A stretch of DNA of 63,604 nucleotides, filler included, from Octopus bimaculoides (lineage: Eukaryota), in the NCBI RefSeq assembly GCF_001194135.2. It is 5 parts of 5 records of this genome, joined end to end, with 100 filler letters (N's around TTAATTAATTAA, not from the genome) between each part and the next. Parts side by side here need not be neighbours in the genome. Positions count along the whole stretch, not along the records: positions 10,960 to 26,470 come from NC_068994.1; positions 26,571 to 55,719 come from NC_068991.1; 3 more parts are not named here. One strand, 5' to 3'. Below are positions 13,321-26,748 of this stretch, in pieces (positions within the stretch are counted from its first letter, which is position 1; the number at the start of each line of letters is the position of its first letter). Both the position numbers and the translations under genes were made by a program. The notes under the pieces were generated by a model. It was not told where the DNA came from. It did not search any database and saw nothing but the letters and a program-made list of their open reading frames with translations.

Positions 13321-13460
13321 AGGCGGTGAGCTAGCAGGATCGTTTGCACGCCGGTCAATATGCTTAGCAGCAGTTTATCCGTCTTTATGTTCTGAGTTCA
13401 AATGCCGCTGAGGTAGACTTTGCCTTTCACCATTTCGGGATCGATAAAATAAGTACCAGT
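13321..13460 (+). mobile_element. SINE family B, tandem degenerate copy
   Basis: Same head and central block immediately after the 13081 copy. Confidence 0.8.
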
Positions 13461-13663
13461 CGATAAATAAGTACTGTACCAATTTATATAGCTGCCGTGT
13501 TTTGTGATTAGGTATGGCTGGGCTACAGTAAGAGTTCAATGAGTAATACTGACAAGATATCACTCTGAAGGATGCCTTTTTAGGTAGTGTATGTCTATAT
13601 GCATGTATGTATGTGTATCTCTCGCTCTCTCTCGCTCTCTCTCGCTCTCTCTCGCTCTCTCTC

Positions 13664-13697
<34 letters not shown>

Positions 13698-16508
13698 NNN
13701 NNNNNNNNNNNNNNNNNNNNNNNNNNNNNNNNNNNNNNNNNNNNNNNNNNNNNNNNNNNNNNNNNNNNNNNNNNNNNNNNNNNNNNNNNNNNNNNNNNNN
13801 NNNNNNNNNNNNNNNNNNNNNNNNNNNNNNNNNNNNNNNNNNNNNNNNNNNNNNNNNNNNNNNNNNNNNNNNNNNNNNNNNNNNNNNNNNNNNNNNNNNN
13901 NNNNNNNNNNNNNNNNNNNNNNNNNNNNNNNNNNNNNNNNNNNNNNNNNNNNNNNNNNNNNNNNNNNNNNNNNNNNNNNNNNNNNNNNNNNNNNNNNNNN
14001 NNNNNNNNNNNNNNNNNNNNNNNNNNNNNNNNNNNNNNNNNNNNNNNNNNNNNNNNNNNNNNNNNNNNNNNNNNNNNNNNNNNNNNNNNNNNNNNNNNNN
14101 NNNNNNNNNNNNNNNNNNNNNNNNNNNNNNNNNNNNNNNNNNNNNNNNNNNNNNNNNNNNNNNNNNNNNNNNNNNNNNNNNNNNNNNNNNNNNNNNNNNN
14201 NNNNNNNNNNNNNNNNNNNNNNNNNNNNNNNNNNNNNNNNNNNNNNNNNNNNNNNNNNNNNNNNNNNNNNNNNNNNNNNNNNNNNNNNNNNNNNNNNNNN
14301 NNNNNNNNNNNNNNNNNNNNNNNNNNNNNNNNNNNNNNNNNNNNNNNNNNNNNNNNNNNNNNNNNNNNNNNNNNNNNNNNNNNNNNNNNNNNNNNNNNNN
14401 NNNNNNNNNNNNNNNNNNNNNNNNNNNNNNNNNNNNNNNNNNNNNNNNNNNNNNNNNNNNNNNNNNNNNNNNNNNNNNNNNNNNNNNNNNNNNNNNTTCT
14501 TCCCGCGATCCCTTTTGATCGAAATTATCCCCCCCCCACCAAGAAAAGCTCTACTTTGTAATTTGTCCATTTTCTGTATTTAGCCCTGTGTGGCTATAAT
14601 AAAAAGATATCTATCTATCTATCTATCATTGATTCTTTATTTTACCTTGAAGTATTTCTTTGTACTAGCTGCACTTGTATACCTTTGTGTATTTTCTCAC
14701 TCAAAACCCAATTCGTTTCACTTTTACTGAATTCTTTTATCTATTGCTTTGAACAAAATATATTTTTTTAGTGTAGCTACGGAACATCTATCCGTACAGT
14801 TGCTTTCTCTCTCCCCATCTCTCTCATTCTCTCTCCCCATCTCTCTCATTCTCTCTTTATATATATATAGACATATATAAATACATACATACATACATAC
14901 ATATTTATATATATATATANNNNNNNNNNNNNNNNNNNNNNNNNNNNNNNNNNNNNNNNNNNNNNNNNNNNNNNNNNNNNNNNNNNNNNNNNNNNNNNNN
15001 NNNNNNNNNNNNNNNNNNNNNNNNNNNNNNNNNNNNNNNNNNNNNNNNNNNNNNNNNNNNNNNNNNNNNNNNNNNNNNNNNNNNNNNNNNNNNNNNNNNN
15101 NNNNNNNNNNNNNNNNNNNNNNNNNNNNNNNNNNNNNNNNNNNNNNNNNNNNNNNNNNNNNNNNNNNNNNNNNNNNNNNNNNNNNNNNNNNNNNNNNNNN
15201 NNNNNNNNNNNNNNNNNNNNNNNNNNNNNNNNNNNNNNNNNNNNNNNNNNNNNNNNNNNNNNNNNNNNNNNNNNNNNNNNNNNNNNNNNNNNNNNNNNNN
15301 NNNNNNNNNNNNNNNNNNNNNNNNNNNNNNNNNNNNNNNNNNNNNNNNNNNNNNNNNNNNNNNNNNNNNNNNNNNNNNNNNNNNNNNNNNNNNNNNNNNN
15401 NNNNNNNNNNNNNNNNNNNNNNNNNNNNNNNNNNNNNNNNNNNNNNNNNNNNNNNNNNNNNNNNNNNNNNNNNNNNNNNNNNNNNNNNNNNNNNNNNNNN
15501 NNNNNNNNNNNNNNNNNNNNNNNNNNNNNNNNNNNNNNNNNNNNNNNNNNNNNNNNNNNNNNNNNNNNNNNNNNNNNNNNNNNNNNNNNNNNNNNNNNNN
15601 NNNNNNNNNNNNNNNNNNNNNNNNNNNNNNNNNNNNNNNNNNNNNNNNNNNNNNNNNNNNNNNNNNNNNNNNNNNNNNNNNNNNNNNNNNNNNNNNNNNN
15701 NNNNNNNNNNNNNNNNNNNNNNNNNNNNNNNNNNNNNNNNNNNNNNNNNNNNNNNNNNNNNNNNNNAGGAAGTTCTGTGTACATCAAGCGGTTACATCCA
15801 AAACAGCCAGGGATAAAACCCCTTCAGCTACTTTATAATTTAGACTTATAATCTCTGATAAGCTGAGCGAAAATTAAGCTGAATGATAGATTAAAGTAAA
15901 GGGGCTAAATCTTTTGCGAATGAACCTCTTGAATTCTAATCAAATAGTTAGGAAACAGAAGAAGATGATGAAGAAGAAGAAGAGGAAGAAGAAGAAGAAG
16001 AGGAAGAGGAAGAAGAAGAAGAAGAAGAAGAAGAAGAAGAACAACAACAACAACAGCGATGACAACGACGACGACGAAGACAACAACAACACGGCTCATT
16101 TAGCTATGTATTGCATGCCTATTTTCTCATTCTTATTACTAGAAGAACATGCTATGTGCAGGCAGTTTGCAAGGTGACAGGCAAAAACACTTTCATACGA
16201 AATATCCTTTCATGAATTTTCTGGACACCTACACACTTACAATCCCGTGTCCTAACGCGGAATAGTAAACATTTAGTCGAAGAATCAATATGTAGAATCT
16301 TAAACACAATCACATGCCATGAGAAGTTAAAATACTTATGTTGAATAACAAGTTGTTGGAACTATAGACTTTCTACTCCGCGAGGTACGGAATTACATTC
16401 AGCAACCTAGACACTCACATTTTATTTTAATTTTATTTTACAGTCACGTCTGTAAAACATTGGTCTTTAAAAGAACCTGCTGACTGTACCAGCAATCTTT
16501 GAGAAATT

Positions 16509-16567
16509 AAAGTCTTATGAAAATGATTGTAATAAATCAAAGTCTTATGAAAATGATTGTAATAAAT
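16509..16567. repeat. 30-bp tandem duplication
   Basis: AAAGTCTTATGAAAATGATTGTAATAAAT occurs twice with period 30. Confidence 0.9.
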
Positions 16568-17511
16568 GTAGCTATCGACTGAGAAAAAATAAAAGGCTGA
16601 TACGAACAATGCTAAATCTAAGTAAATGTAAACACGCGTATTCATTTTACGTAGCTGGGCGCTGCTACTCTAAATCAAAGTGTGTGACAGCGGGTATACT
16701 GACAAAGGATTTGGAGATATGTGCATGTTTTCTTCGTTTACATACACCAACTTTACAGAATCTTTACTGGTTTATCTTCCTACCAATCTATAACTAAACC
16801 CTATTTTTTTTCTGTTTTTACTTTAAAATAACTATTAAAGCTCTATATACAGAATTGACCAAAAATCACCCGGCAGTAAATCAAACTTCCATAAATACAA
16901 TCTGTAATTCTGTATTGACTCGAAGGACTTCACTTATTAAACATAAATCTTGGAAATAAATGGTTTTGATATACTACCAGGTGACTTTTGGTCAACCCTA
17001 TATATTCATGTGTGTGTGTTTTTATGTGTTATTTTTGCTGCTACAGTAGTTACTCGCAAGATTCAACAGTACCACCTGGTACACCTCCATGCTTCTGAAG
17101 TGCGTGCAGCATTGTGTTCTTATTTTTTGTGGGGGTTGGGAGAGTACAGACTCATCCCGTTGATCTACTGCGCCAGTTTGTTTTGTTATTGGGCTTAGTT
17201 ATCTTGGCTTGCTATATATTAGTGTATGTTCTATTGTGCACGATGTATGTAATGTGAGTTGTGTCATCTTTTGGGCCTTACTCTTGTATAGTGAATGTTG
17301 CGTGAGTTGTTGCTTTAAATTTTTAAGTTCTTATATAGAGTGTGTGTTGTGCGTAAAGATTATTCTATTTGAGCTATTCTATTGGATCGTAAGCTATCCT
17401 ATTGAATTGATAGTGTCTGGTGCTAGATGTTGGTTGTTGCTAACAGAGTTATTTTGGAGACAATGCGTGGAGCTATGATATGACTTCTCTATTACTTTTC
17501 ATATTAAAAAA

Positions 17512-17513
<2 letters not shown>

Positions 17514-17602
<89 letters not shown>

Positions 17603-17939
17603 TAGTCTTATTTTTATCACGTGCTTTCTCTGCACTACCAACCGCAGCCCTGTGTGCCTTGGGTATGTGCCGTATATTGTTGTGGTGCTCTTATTTTCAC
17701 GGTATTGAAAATGCTTTACGTAGGATATGTGCACTGCTTAGTAGTGCTATTTTTGTGTATGTTATATATATATATATTTGTAAGTCCTGGTGTTTTTGTT
17801 ATGTATTTGTCTGAATGTCATTTTATCATACCTAATGCGCCTACTATAATAGGAATTGTTTCTGTTTTTAGGCTCCACATTCGAGTTCCCTCTATTTCTA
17901 GATCTTTGCATTTTGAAAGTTTCTCCGTTTCTTTTAGAG
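17514..17939 (-). mobile_element. R4/Dong-type LINE 3' end with (TAA)n tail
   Basis: Minus strand reads KETEKLSKCKDLEIEGTRMWSLKTETIPIIVGALGMIK..IALLSSAHILRKAFSI*, then a short UTR and (TAA)n at 17514-17599. Confidence 0.85.
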
Positions 17940-18993
17940 CAGAGGTATGCAACAGGCTGCCCGCAGGTCACAACCCGGCCCGCCAGGCCAGTCAGTGTGG
18001 CCTTCGGTAGCCGTTTTTATTTTTTACCCCGTACGCTAATTTCAATTTTTTTTCGTAGCCGTAAGACAACTTTTACAGTTTTCGATTCCATCTTATAAAA
18101 TGTCAAGGACGTCGCATTCTTGACTTTCAAGCTACTCAGATAGACTTTGTTTTGAATTTATTACTCATTTCTTAGAGTTGCTAGAAGACAAAACCATCAA
18201 TTCAAATTTTTACAAAATTGTACTCTTTGAGCCCTTCCCTTTCGCCTTTGTGATAATTCAAACTGTTTTAATATTTTTCATATTTTATGCAGGTAAAGAT
18301 GTCTGCTGCTAAAAGACGGAAAATTGATGATGAGGGAAGAATATTCAACAACGACTAAAGCAACGAATATTTGGTTGTTCAGCTCAACAAAGGTGTTGTA
18401 TGTGTAACCTGCCAAACTACAATAGCCGTAATGAAGGGATACAGCATTAGACGTCGTTATACAACGAAACATTCAACCATATATAATACATTGGTAGGTC
18501 AAGCTCGAGTGGACAAACTAGGACAGATGATCAAGTCAATTAAGAAGCAACAAGAAGTTTATACATATTATAAGAAAGTCTCTGAGCTTGTAACAAAGCT
18601 TAGCTTCAAAATCTGTGAATCAATCGCAGAAAAGGGGAAATCCTTCAGTGATGGAGAATTCTTAAAAAGTTGCTTGGGCATATTTACTGATTTTGCTTGT
18701 CCCGAAAAGAAACATTTATTGCAGAAAACCAGTCTGTCTCTTTTTACGGTGTCGCGAAAAATAAATCATCTTGCAGAAAATATCTAAGAGACTTTAAAGG
18801 AAAGGAAAAATAGATGTGCAGCATATAGTTTGACTCTTGATGAAAGCACAGATGTAAAGGACACTGCACAATTGGTTGTGTTTGTACGAGGAGTTACTAA
18901 CAATTTTGAAATGACTGAAGAATTTTGGGACATGACCAGTATGTCTTCAACAACCACTGGACAAGGCGTTAGTGACCAAATATTGAAATTAAT
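17940..18993 (+). mobile_element. hAT (SPIN/Buster, GTF2IRD2-like) transposon left half
   Basis: TIR-like CAGAGGTATGCAACAGGCTGCCCGCAGGTCACAACCCGGCCCGC at 17940, preceded by an nnnTAnnn site (TTTTAGAG); transposase remnant follows. Confidence 0.9.
18299..18993 (+). pseudogene. hAT transposase pseudogene, N-terminal half
   Basis: MSAAKRRKIDDEGRIFN..CVTC..KGKSFSDGEFLKSC..YSLTLDESTDVKDTAQLVVFVRGV; two in-frame stops; truncated at (TAG)n; splice-acceptor-like TTTTATGCAG just before the ATG. Confidence 0.9.
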
Positions 18994-19032
<39 letters not shown>

Positions 19033-19460
19033 TGGCACTACTAATAGTGCATACTAATTTAGTTACTAGGTATTTTACCTTGAGGTTTGATGACAATAAG
19101 TCTCCTCAAATCTCAAGAGTCTTCCTTAGGACTCTTGTAGAATATAGGATGGTACTTTTCTGCAGGTCGACAATGCGAGCTACATTTCCAGTCTCTTTCG
19201 GTCTTTTAGGTAGTATTTTGGGTGTTGTGCTAAGTGCGCCAAATTACTGCAGCTACAATTGTTGTCTTGGTCTTCCAGTCTTCTCAGTTCTCTGGTTCGA
19301 TCCTGATATTTCTCAAATTTCTTCAATTTCTTGAGGATTGACTCTGCTATCATTGGGCATTGCAAAATCTATGATCTTACACTGTTTATTTTATCCATTG
19401 TGATCACATCTGGTCTTCTTGCTTCTTTACGAGGAAATACCACAGGAATTTCTTCTTCTT
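18994..19460 (-). mobile_element. R4/Dong-type LINE 3' end (REL domain) with (TAC)n tail
   Basis: Stitched minus-strand translation RRPDVI..IIDFA..EKYQDRTRELRRL..RIVDLQKSTILYSTRVLRKTLEI*; tail at 18994-19031. Confidence 0.85.
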
Positions 19461-19496
19461 ATTATTACTATAATTGTTGTTGTTGTTGTTGTTGTT

Positions 19497-19696
19497 AAGG
19501 CGGCGTGCTGGCAGAGTCGTTAGCACGCTGGACGAAATGCTCAACGGTTTTTCGCCCATCGCTACGTTCTAAGTTCAAATTCCACCGAGATGGACCTTGT
19601 CTTTCATCCTTTCGGGTTCGATAAATTAAGTACCAGTGAAACACTGGAGTTGATGTAATCGACTCATCCTCTACCCTTGTGCCTTCAGTAGAAAGG
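19497..19696 (+). mobile_element. SINE family B
   Basis: Head, B box and central block match the other copies. Confidence 0.85.
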
Positions 19697-21249
19697 GCAG
19701 TTGCTGTTGTTGTTGTTGTTGTTGTTCTTCTTCTTCTTCTTCTTCTTCTTCTTCTTCTTCTTCTTCTTCTTCTTCTTCTTCTTCTTCTTCTTCTTCTTCT
19801 TCNNNNNNNNNNNNNNNNNNNNNNNNNNNNNNNNNNNNNNNNNNNNNNNNNNNNNNNNNNNNNNNNNNNNNNNNNNNNNNNNNNNNNNNNNNNNNNNNNN
19901 NNNNNNNNNNNNNNNNNNNNNNNNNNNNNNNNNNNNNNNNNNNNNNNNNNNNNNNNNNNNNNNNNNNNNNNNNNNNNNNNNNNNNNNNNNNNNNNNNNNN
20001 NNNNNNNNNNNNNNNNNNNNNNNNNNNNNNNNNNNNNNNNNNNNNNNNNNNNNNNNNNNNNNNNNNNNNNNNNNNNNNNNNNNNNNNNNNNNNNNNNNNN
20101 NNNNNNNNNNNNNNNNNNNNNNNNNNNNNNNNNNNNNNNNNNNNNNNNNNNNNNNNNNNNNNNNNNNNNNNNNNNNNNNNNNNNNNNNNNNNNNNNNNNN
20201 NNNNNNNNNNNNNNNNNNNNNNNNNNNNNNNNNNNNNNNNNNNNNNNNNNNNNNNNNNNNNNNNNNNNNNNNNNNNNNNNNNNNNNNNNNNNNNNNNNNN
20301 NNNNNNNNNNNNNNNNNNNNNNNNNNNNNNNNNNNNNNNNNNNNNNNNNNNNNNNNNNNNNNNNNNNNNNNNNNNNNNNNNNNNNNNNNNNNNNNNNNNN
20401 NNNNNNNNNNNNNNNNNNNNNNNNNNNNNNNNNNNNNNNNNNNNNNNNNNNNNNNNCACACACACACACACACACACACACTCATACACACACACATACA
20501 CACTCATACACACTCATACACACACAGACTACATACATACGCATATACACATACACAGAGACGCACACATACACACACAGACACACACATGTACATACAT
20601 ACATACACAATACAGACACGCACACACACGCATTCATATATCTGTGTGTATGTATGTATGAATGGATGGATGGATATGTATGTGTGAGTGTCTGTGTGTA
20701 TACATGTTTTTCCCCATTCCTCTCAGTCCCCAAAGCTATTAGAGCGATCCCTTTCATTAGAATATCTAAAAGTATCTCCATAGAAAACAGCGAAAAACAA
20801 AATTATCACAAATACGCAAATTTTTGAAAAAACAAAACAAAACAAAAAAAAAGATACCCCCCCCACTGCTTGCTAGAGAAGCTGTAAAAACAAAAACAAA
20901 AACAAATGTACTAGCAAAAAAAAAAGCAAGTAAACAAAGGAATGCACTTAACTTACTGGTTTATCAAAGAAGACCTTTAAACTTAGCATTATTGTTCAAT
21001 GTGTAGGTGAAACAAGGTCACTGAGAGAAGACCAGAAGCAAAGGAATGGTTGAATAAAGGTAACAGAGAAAAGATAGATAGATAGATAGATGGATATATA
21101 TATATAGATATATAGATAGAGAGATAGACAGACAAACAAAGAGATAAAGGTAGAAAGATTGGTGGACAAATAAATAGATAACTCGACAGATAGGGAGGTA
21201 TGAAAGTGAAACTAAAACTGGCATTCCCTTGGTTACGAGGCCTGCTTGC

Positions 21250-21512
21250 CGTCTTGTCTGTTGCTCTCATTGGCTTCTGATCTTAACTGACTGGAAGTAT
21301 TAACATGTACATATTTTGTCTTGGCGTAAAAGATGGGTCACAACAAATATTCTCCTCAATACTATAGATTTGCTTGTCTTTTGTTGATCATAACCAGTTG
21401 AGTGTGTCTTTTAGTGGCTGACAATATATGCATCTCTGTTCACAAGCTGGAGTATTTGGGGAGCATCATAACCATGCGTTGATAGGGATTCTTTGGGGTT
21501 TGAATAATTCAT
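21250..21512 (+). mobile_element. Unclassified about 260-bp interspersed repeat (family F)
   Basis: Reverse-complement homolog at 56845-57103; truncates the adjacent RT remnant. Confidence 0.7.
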
Positions 21513-22300
21513 TCTCCATCAATTTATCCATTTTCAAAATCCCCAAGTACTTATAGCCCATCTCTTCTATCTGCTTCATAACCTCTCCCGACGGTATCGT
21601 TAGCCCGTCCATACATTTGATTTTGCCTCTCTTCAAGACTAATACACCACACTTTCTTGGTCCGAACTCCATTCTGATATCAGCACTGAAGGTATACACC
21701 GTATCAACGAGGGAACTGACTTGGGCTTCATCTTTACCATAAAGTTTGAGGTCATCCATGAATAACAAATTGTTGACTTTTTTTTTGGCGGCTTTTGAAT
21801 ACATACCCAGCTTTTGCTTTCCTCAGAATCAGTGTTAGTGGTATCAAGCACAGTACAAAGATCCTGATTTCTACTGTCCCTAAACTTCTTCCGTATGCTG
21901 TCAGGCCCGTCCTCTAATTCGCCATACTTTTTCCATACAATCGCTCAACATTCGATGCAATGCCAAATAAGTTCATACACTCCATAATCCAAGAATATGG
22001 GATCATATCGTACGCCTTACGATAGTCGATCCATGACATGGCTAAGTTACTTTTCCTCCTCTTTCAGTCTCTGAATACAGTTTTGTCTATCAAGAGTTGA
22101 TCCTTGGTACCTCTGCACTTACGCTTGCAACCTTTCTGTTCATGTGGCAGGACTCCATTTTTATCCAGATGTTCTTACATTGTCTCTGCGAGTATTCCAG
22201 TCAATAACTTCCACATAAGTGGCAAACAGGATATTGGTCTGTAATTGTCTACCGTATTGCCTTTTTCGATGTTTTTCAGGCACAGCACTGTCCTACCCAA
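21513..22300 (-). mobile_element. R4/Dong-type reverse transcriptase remnant
   Basis: [79 protein letters not shown]; has stops and an internal deletion. Confidence 0.9.
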
Positions 22301-22303
22301 TCA

Positions 22304-22304
22304 T

Positions 22305-22365
<61 letters not shown>

Positions 22366-22375
22366 GCTGCTGCTG

Positions 22376-22435
<60 letters not shown>

Positions 22436-22450
22436 TCATTATCATTATTA
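22304..22450. repeat. (TAC)n/(TAT)n microsatellite between Tx1 3' end and R4 RT remnant
   Basis: Directly visible. Confidence 0.95.
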
Positions 22451-24150
22451 TTATTTCATTTATTGACCACCAGGGCCAACATACAGGGGACAATCCAGTA
22501 GACATGGACAGTGAGGATTTTACACAAAACAACGGGTGCACAATTAAAACAATAACAATAATATCAAACAAGAAAAATATAACAATGAAATTTCCCCAAT
22601 AGGGGAAGTAACCACTAGGCGTTGGTTCAGGTACGCCACCAATCCTGAACCACTCGATCCTTCGAGGGCATCCAGGAAGGGCACCCTTCTCCCTCTCNNN
22701 NNNNNNNNNNNNNNNNNNNNNNNNNNNNNNNNNNNNNNNNNNNNNNNNNNNNNNNNNNNNNNNNNNNNNNNNNNNNNNNNNNNNNNNNNNNNNNCTCCAC
22801 CCTCAACTTCCTGTCCAAGGGAAATTTGAAAAAGTTGATGAGGGATTGGCCAAAGAGAAAAGTGTCTGTTTTCAGTCCTTTCAACCTGGTACACCACACG
22901 ACCTCTTTCGCTACTGCTATCAGACAGAGGAAAACTGCCTGCTCTTCCGGACCAATGGAAGGCAGTGGACCGATCTTCACTATGGACTCGGCCGATAGCC
23001 GGATTCGTTCTACACGTGTTAACAGCGGTTCAACATAACCCCACATCAGTAATGCACAGACACTGGACGAGTGCGTGCAGAACGGGTTCTGGGAGTTATC
23101 CATCGTCCCCGGCTCGAAAGTCCTCTTGAAAAGACTGGTCAGTTCGATTTCGTCGACACCTAGTGCCCCTCCGAGTGCGTCATCGCTCTTTCCCTCCACA
23201 GTGAGTGCCTGGCAACATTCCAGATGTCAGTCACCTTGTCTCAGTCTCTTCTTGATCCAGGACTGCAGCTTAGTCAGGGAGACGAGCTGGAGAAGGCTTG
23301 TTTGACAAACGGCAACCACACCTGTTCACCATTTGAGCAGAATATCTGGAGATGCCGTAGCTTCAGCGCATGTCTGCGCATCATTAGCCACGGCATGCCC
23401 AGCCATCCGCGTAAAGGGTGTTAGCAGCAGATGGACCGCCTCACCAATGGAACCTGTCTCCTCCACCAGAATTTGAAGATGAGGCGCTTCAACTTGGCGA
23501 GACGCGAACGGGGGTAAGGCACGACAGTTAAGCGGTAGTAGATGACGGACACGATGTACGCATTCCCCATATCCGCGCGACCTTTCAGTGACAGCTTCCA
23601 TGCAGTCCATTTCTGGTTGAGACTGGCTAACCTGTTCGTCACCTCGTCCCAATTCTTATCTACTTGGAGGTCTGGTCCGAACCAAACCCCAAACAACTTT
23701 ACCGGTCCGTCCGTCCAGCGCTCAACGACGCTGTTGGACGACATGGACTTGTTTCACCAGGTACCGAGTTGCAAGCCTACCTACTTTTCCGGGTTAAGCT
23801 TTGCTCCCGTCAACTTTTCATATTCTTTCAATGATGTTTCGGCCACCTCGATTTCTGAGGTGTCCGACACCATTACGGTGATGTCATCCGCGTAAGCCGA
23901 CACAGCCCTTCAGCGTCCCGGTCCGAGCGGGATGCCCTGCGGCAGCTCCAGCTTCCGCAGTAAAGGCTCAAGAGTCAATACGTACAGAAAGGAGGAGAGA
24001 GGGCACCCTTGACGGACCGACCGGGAGATCTGAAACGGTTCCGGGAGGTGGCCATTAACCTTGACCACAGAGCAGACGCCACTGTACATTGCAGCGATCC
24101 AATCTCTGAAGACGGGGCCGAAGCCAGCCACTTTGAGGACAGCCTCCTTA
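22450..24150 (-). mobile_element. Tx1/L1-clade LINE, 5'-truncated (RT second half, C-terminus, 3' UTR)
   Basis: VKVNGHLPEPFQISRSVRQGCPLS..EPLL..AYADDIT..LFGVWFG..LSLKGRA; several stops; GC-rich; AATAAA just before the microsatellite tail at about 22450. Confidence 0.9.
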
Positions 24151-24968
24151 AGTGACTGGGGATATAAAAAACTTAGTCCAAGTAAAAGAAAAATNNNNNN
24201 NNNNNNNNNNNNNNNNNNNNNNNNNNNNNNNNNNNNNNNNNNNNNNNNNNNNNNNNNNNNNNNNNNNNNNNNNNNNNNNNNNNNNNNNNNNNNNNNNNNN
24301 NNNNNNNNNNNNNNNNNNNNNNNNCCGCCAACACCACCACCACCACCACCACCACCACCATTATCATCGCACTCACTTCCTCTTTCTCTCCCTCTTCTCT
24401 CCCCTTTCTCCCCACCAGTCTTTCTTTAGCCTCACATCAGAACATCACCCTTCTGCTAAGATTATATTTTTAACTCACCTCCTCTATATCATCATTACCT
24501 TCAACTAACTTTCTAACCATGTAATAAATATTACGCTCCCCCTATCTTACGTCATAGACGCCTCTCTCTCCCTCATTTTCTCTCTCCGTCTTTTTCTCTC
24601 TCCCTTTTTGCTTTCTGTCTCACTCTTCTGCCTTATCCTCTTTTCTCTCCCCTTTTTCTTTTTGCTCTCTTTCCCTTCAACTAATCACGTGAAAACGTTA
24701 CAGTTACATTCCTTCTATCTCACGTCACGTTCGATTCTCTCTGCCTCTTTTTCTCTAATCACACAAAAGCGTTAACAACGGGCTGCGTAACGGAATGACA
24801 AGCAAAACTATTATAAGATTATAGTATATAGAAAAATACAGACAAGAAGAGTTCGAAAACTGACATTTTGGCTTCCTACATAGATAGATACAATGGTAGA
24901 AATAATTAGATAGATAGACAGACATACAATTAGTGAGACAGATAGATAGGCAGATAGACAGACTGACT

Positions 24969-25033
<65 letters not shown>

Positions 25034-25508
25034 TGAAAATTGGTAGTCAGCTTTCACTTATCCCAGATGTAAAATAACCTCAGCTAAGATTGCCTTTCTT
25101 TATAAAGTCTGTGACAATAAAATTTCTTGTAAAAAATGACGATGAAGTGCAAAGATTATCATTAAAGGGAAAAAACGAAACAAAAAAAGCCAAACCAAAT
25201 AAAAAGGAAAACATTGGCTAAAAATAGCAACTGTAATAATAACATTAGTGATAATAATTATCATAACCACCTTCATAGTACAATAAAATATACAATGATA
25301 CGGTTGTAATAACGATGCAAACGCACGCACGCGAAGACACACACACACACACACACGCACATGCACACACATGCTCATATGCATACATGCATCCTCATCC
25401 ATACACGCTCCCATAACAAAACGCATTGCGTTTTGTTATGTATACACACTGAAAGCTACAAAGATAATACCGACTTATCCGTCATGACATTATGCCACTA
25501 TTATCAAA

Positions 25509-25565
<57 letters not shown>

Positions 25566-25578
25566 GTTGCTGCTACTG

Positions 25579-25620
<42 letters not shown>

Positions 25621-25825
25621 NNNNNNNNNNNNNNNNNNNNNNNNNNNNNNNNNNNNNNNNNNNNNNNNNNNNNNNNNNNNNNNNNNNNNNNNNNNNNNNN
25701 NNNNNNNNNNNNNNNNNNNNNNNNNNNNNNNNNNNNNNNNNNNNNNNNNNNNNNNNNNNNNNNNNNNNNNNNNNNNNNNNNNNNNNNNNNNNNNNNNNNN
25801 NNNNNNNNNNNNNNNNNNNACCACC

Positions 25826-25886
<61 letters not shown>

Positions 25887-26275
25887 CTACCACCAACACC
25901 ACCACCACCACCACCACTACTACTAAAAATTAAATAAATAATGATTATATTGTCACCTATATGCGCACAGCACGGGAAAGAAAAAAGACAAAGAGAAAAA
26001 GAAAAAATGAGAGGAATAGAAAGGTAGGCAGAAAAAAAGAAAGAAAGACAGACATGACATTCTGAGGCACAGCACACTTTGTATTAAATAATCCTTAATT
26101 CATTTGCCAATTCGCATCCTCCTCCCCTGCTGCTATCATGAATTGAATACATCAAACAGATCGAGACAAAAGGGAAAACAACACCGCTAACACCTGAGGC
26201 ACATGAAGGAGTATGAGTCTGGTGCTTTATGCGAACAAAACAAATTGCATTCAAATGTGAAACAACAACAGTACT

Positions 26276-26338
<63 letters not shown>

Positions 26339-26470
26339 AAGCATAGTGACAGTAGGATGTACACATCAGGAATGTATTTAAACAAATATCCAAATTGCAC
26401 ATCTCTTTTAAGAAAATAAAGAAAAAGAAGCAAAAAACGAAAATCATAATCTAAAAAGACATATAGACAT

Positions 26471-26570
26471 NNNNNNNNNNNNNNNNNNNNNNNNNNNNNN
26501 NNNNNNNNNNNNNNTTAATTAATTAANNNNNNNNNNNNNNNNNNNNNNNNNNNNNNNNNNNNNNNNNNNN
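26471..26570. other. Artificial scaffold linker
   Basis: N44-TTAATTAATTAA-N44. Confidence 0.95.
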
Positions 26571-26715
26571 TGGTGGTGGTGGTGGTGGTGGTGGTGGTTG
26601 GAGGTGGTTGGAGGTGGGTGGTGATGTCAGGGAAGAGAATGAGGAGGAGGCAGAAGATGGGAAACGGTTCGTATAATAGAATAACGTTATCGCGATAGAA
26701 GAAAAAGAAGCATAA

Positions 26716-26748
<33 letters not shown>

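Noticed and set aside
17030-17480. Strand-skewed segment, possible old LINE RT
   Set aside because: No convincing motif in any frame.
18371-18787. Domesticated GTF2IRD2/EPM2AIP1-like host gene
   Set aside because: In-frame stops on both sides, TIR still present and 3' half missing; it is a transposon remnant.
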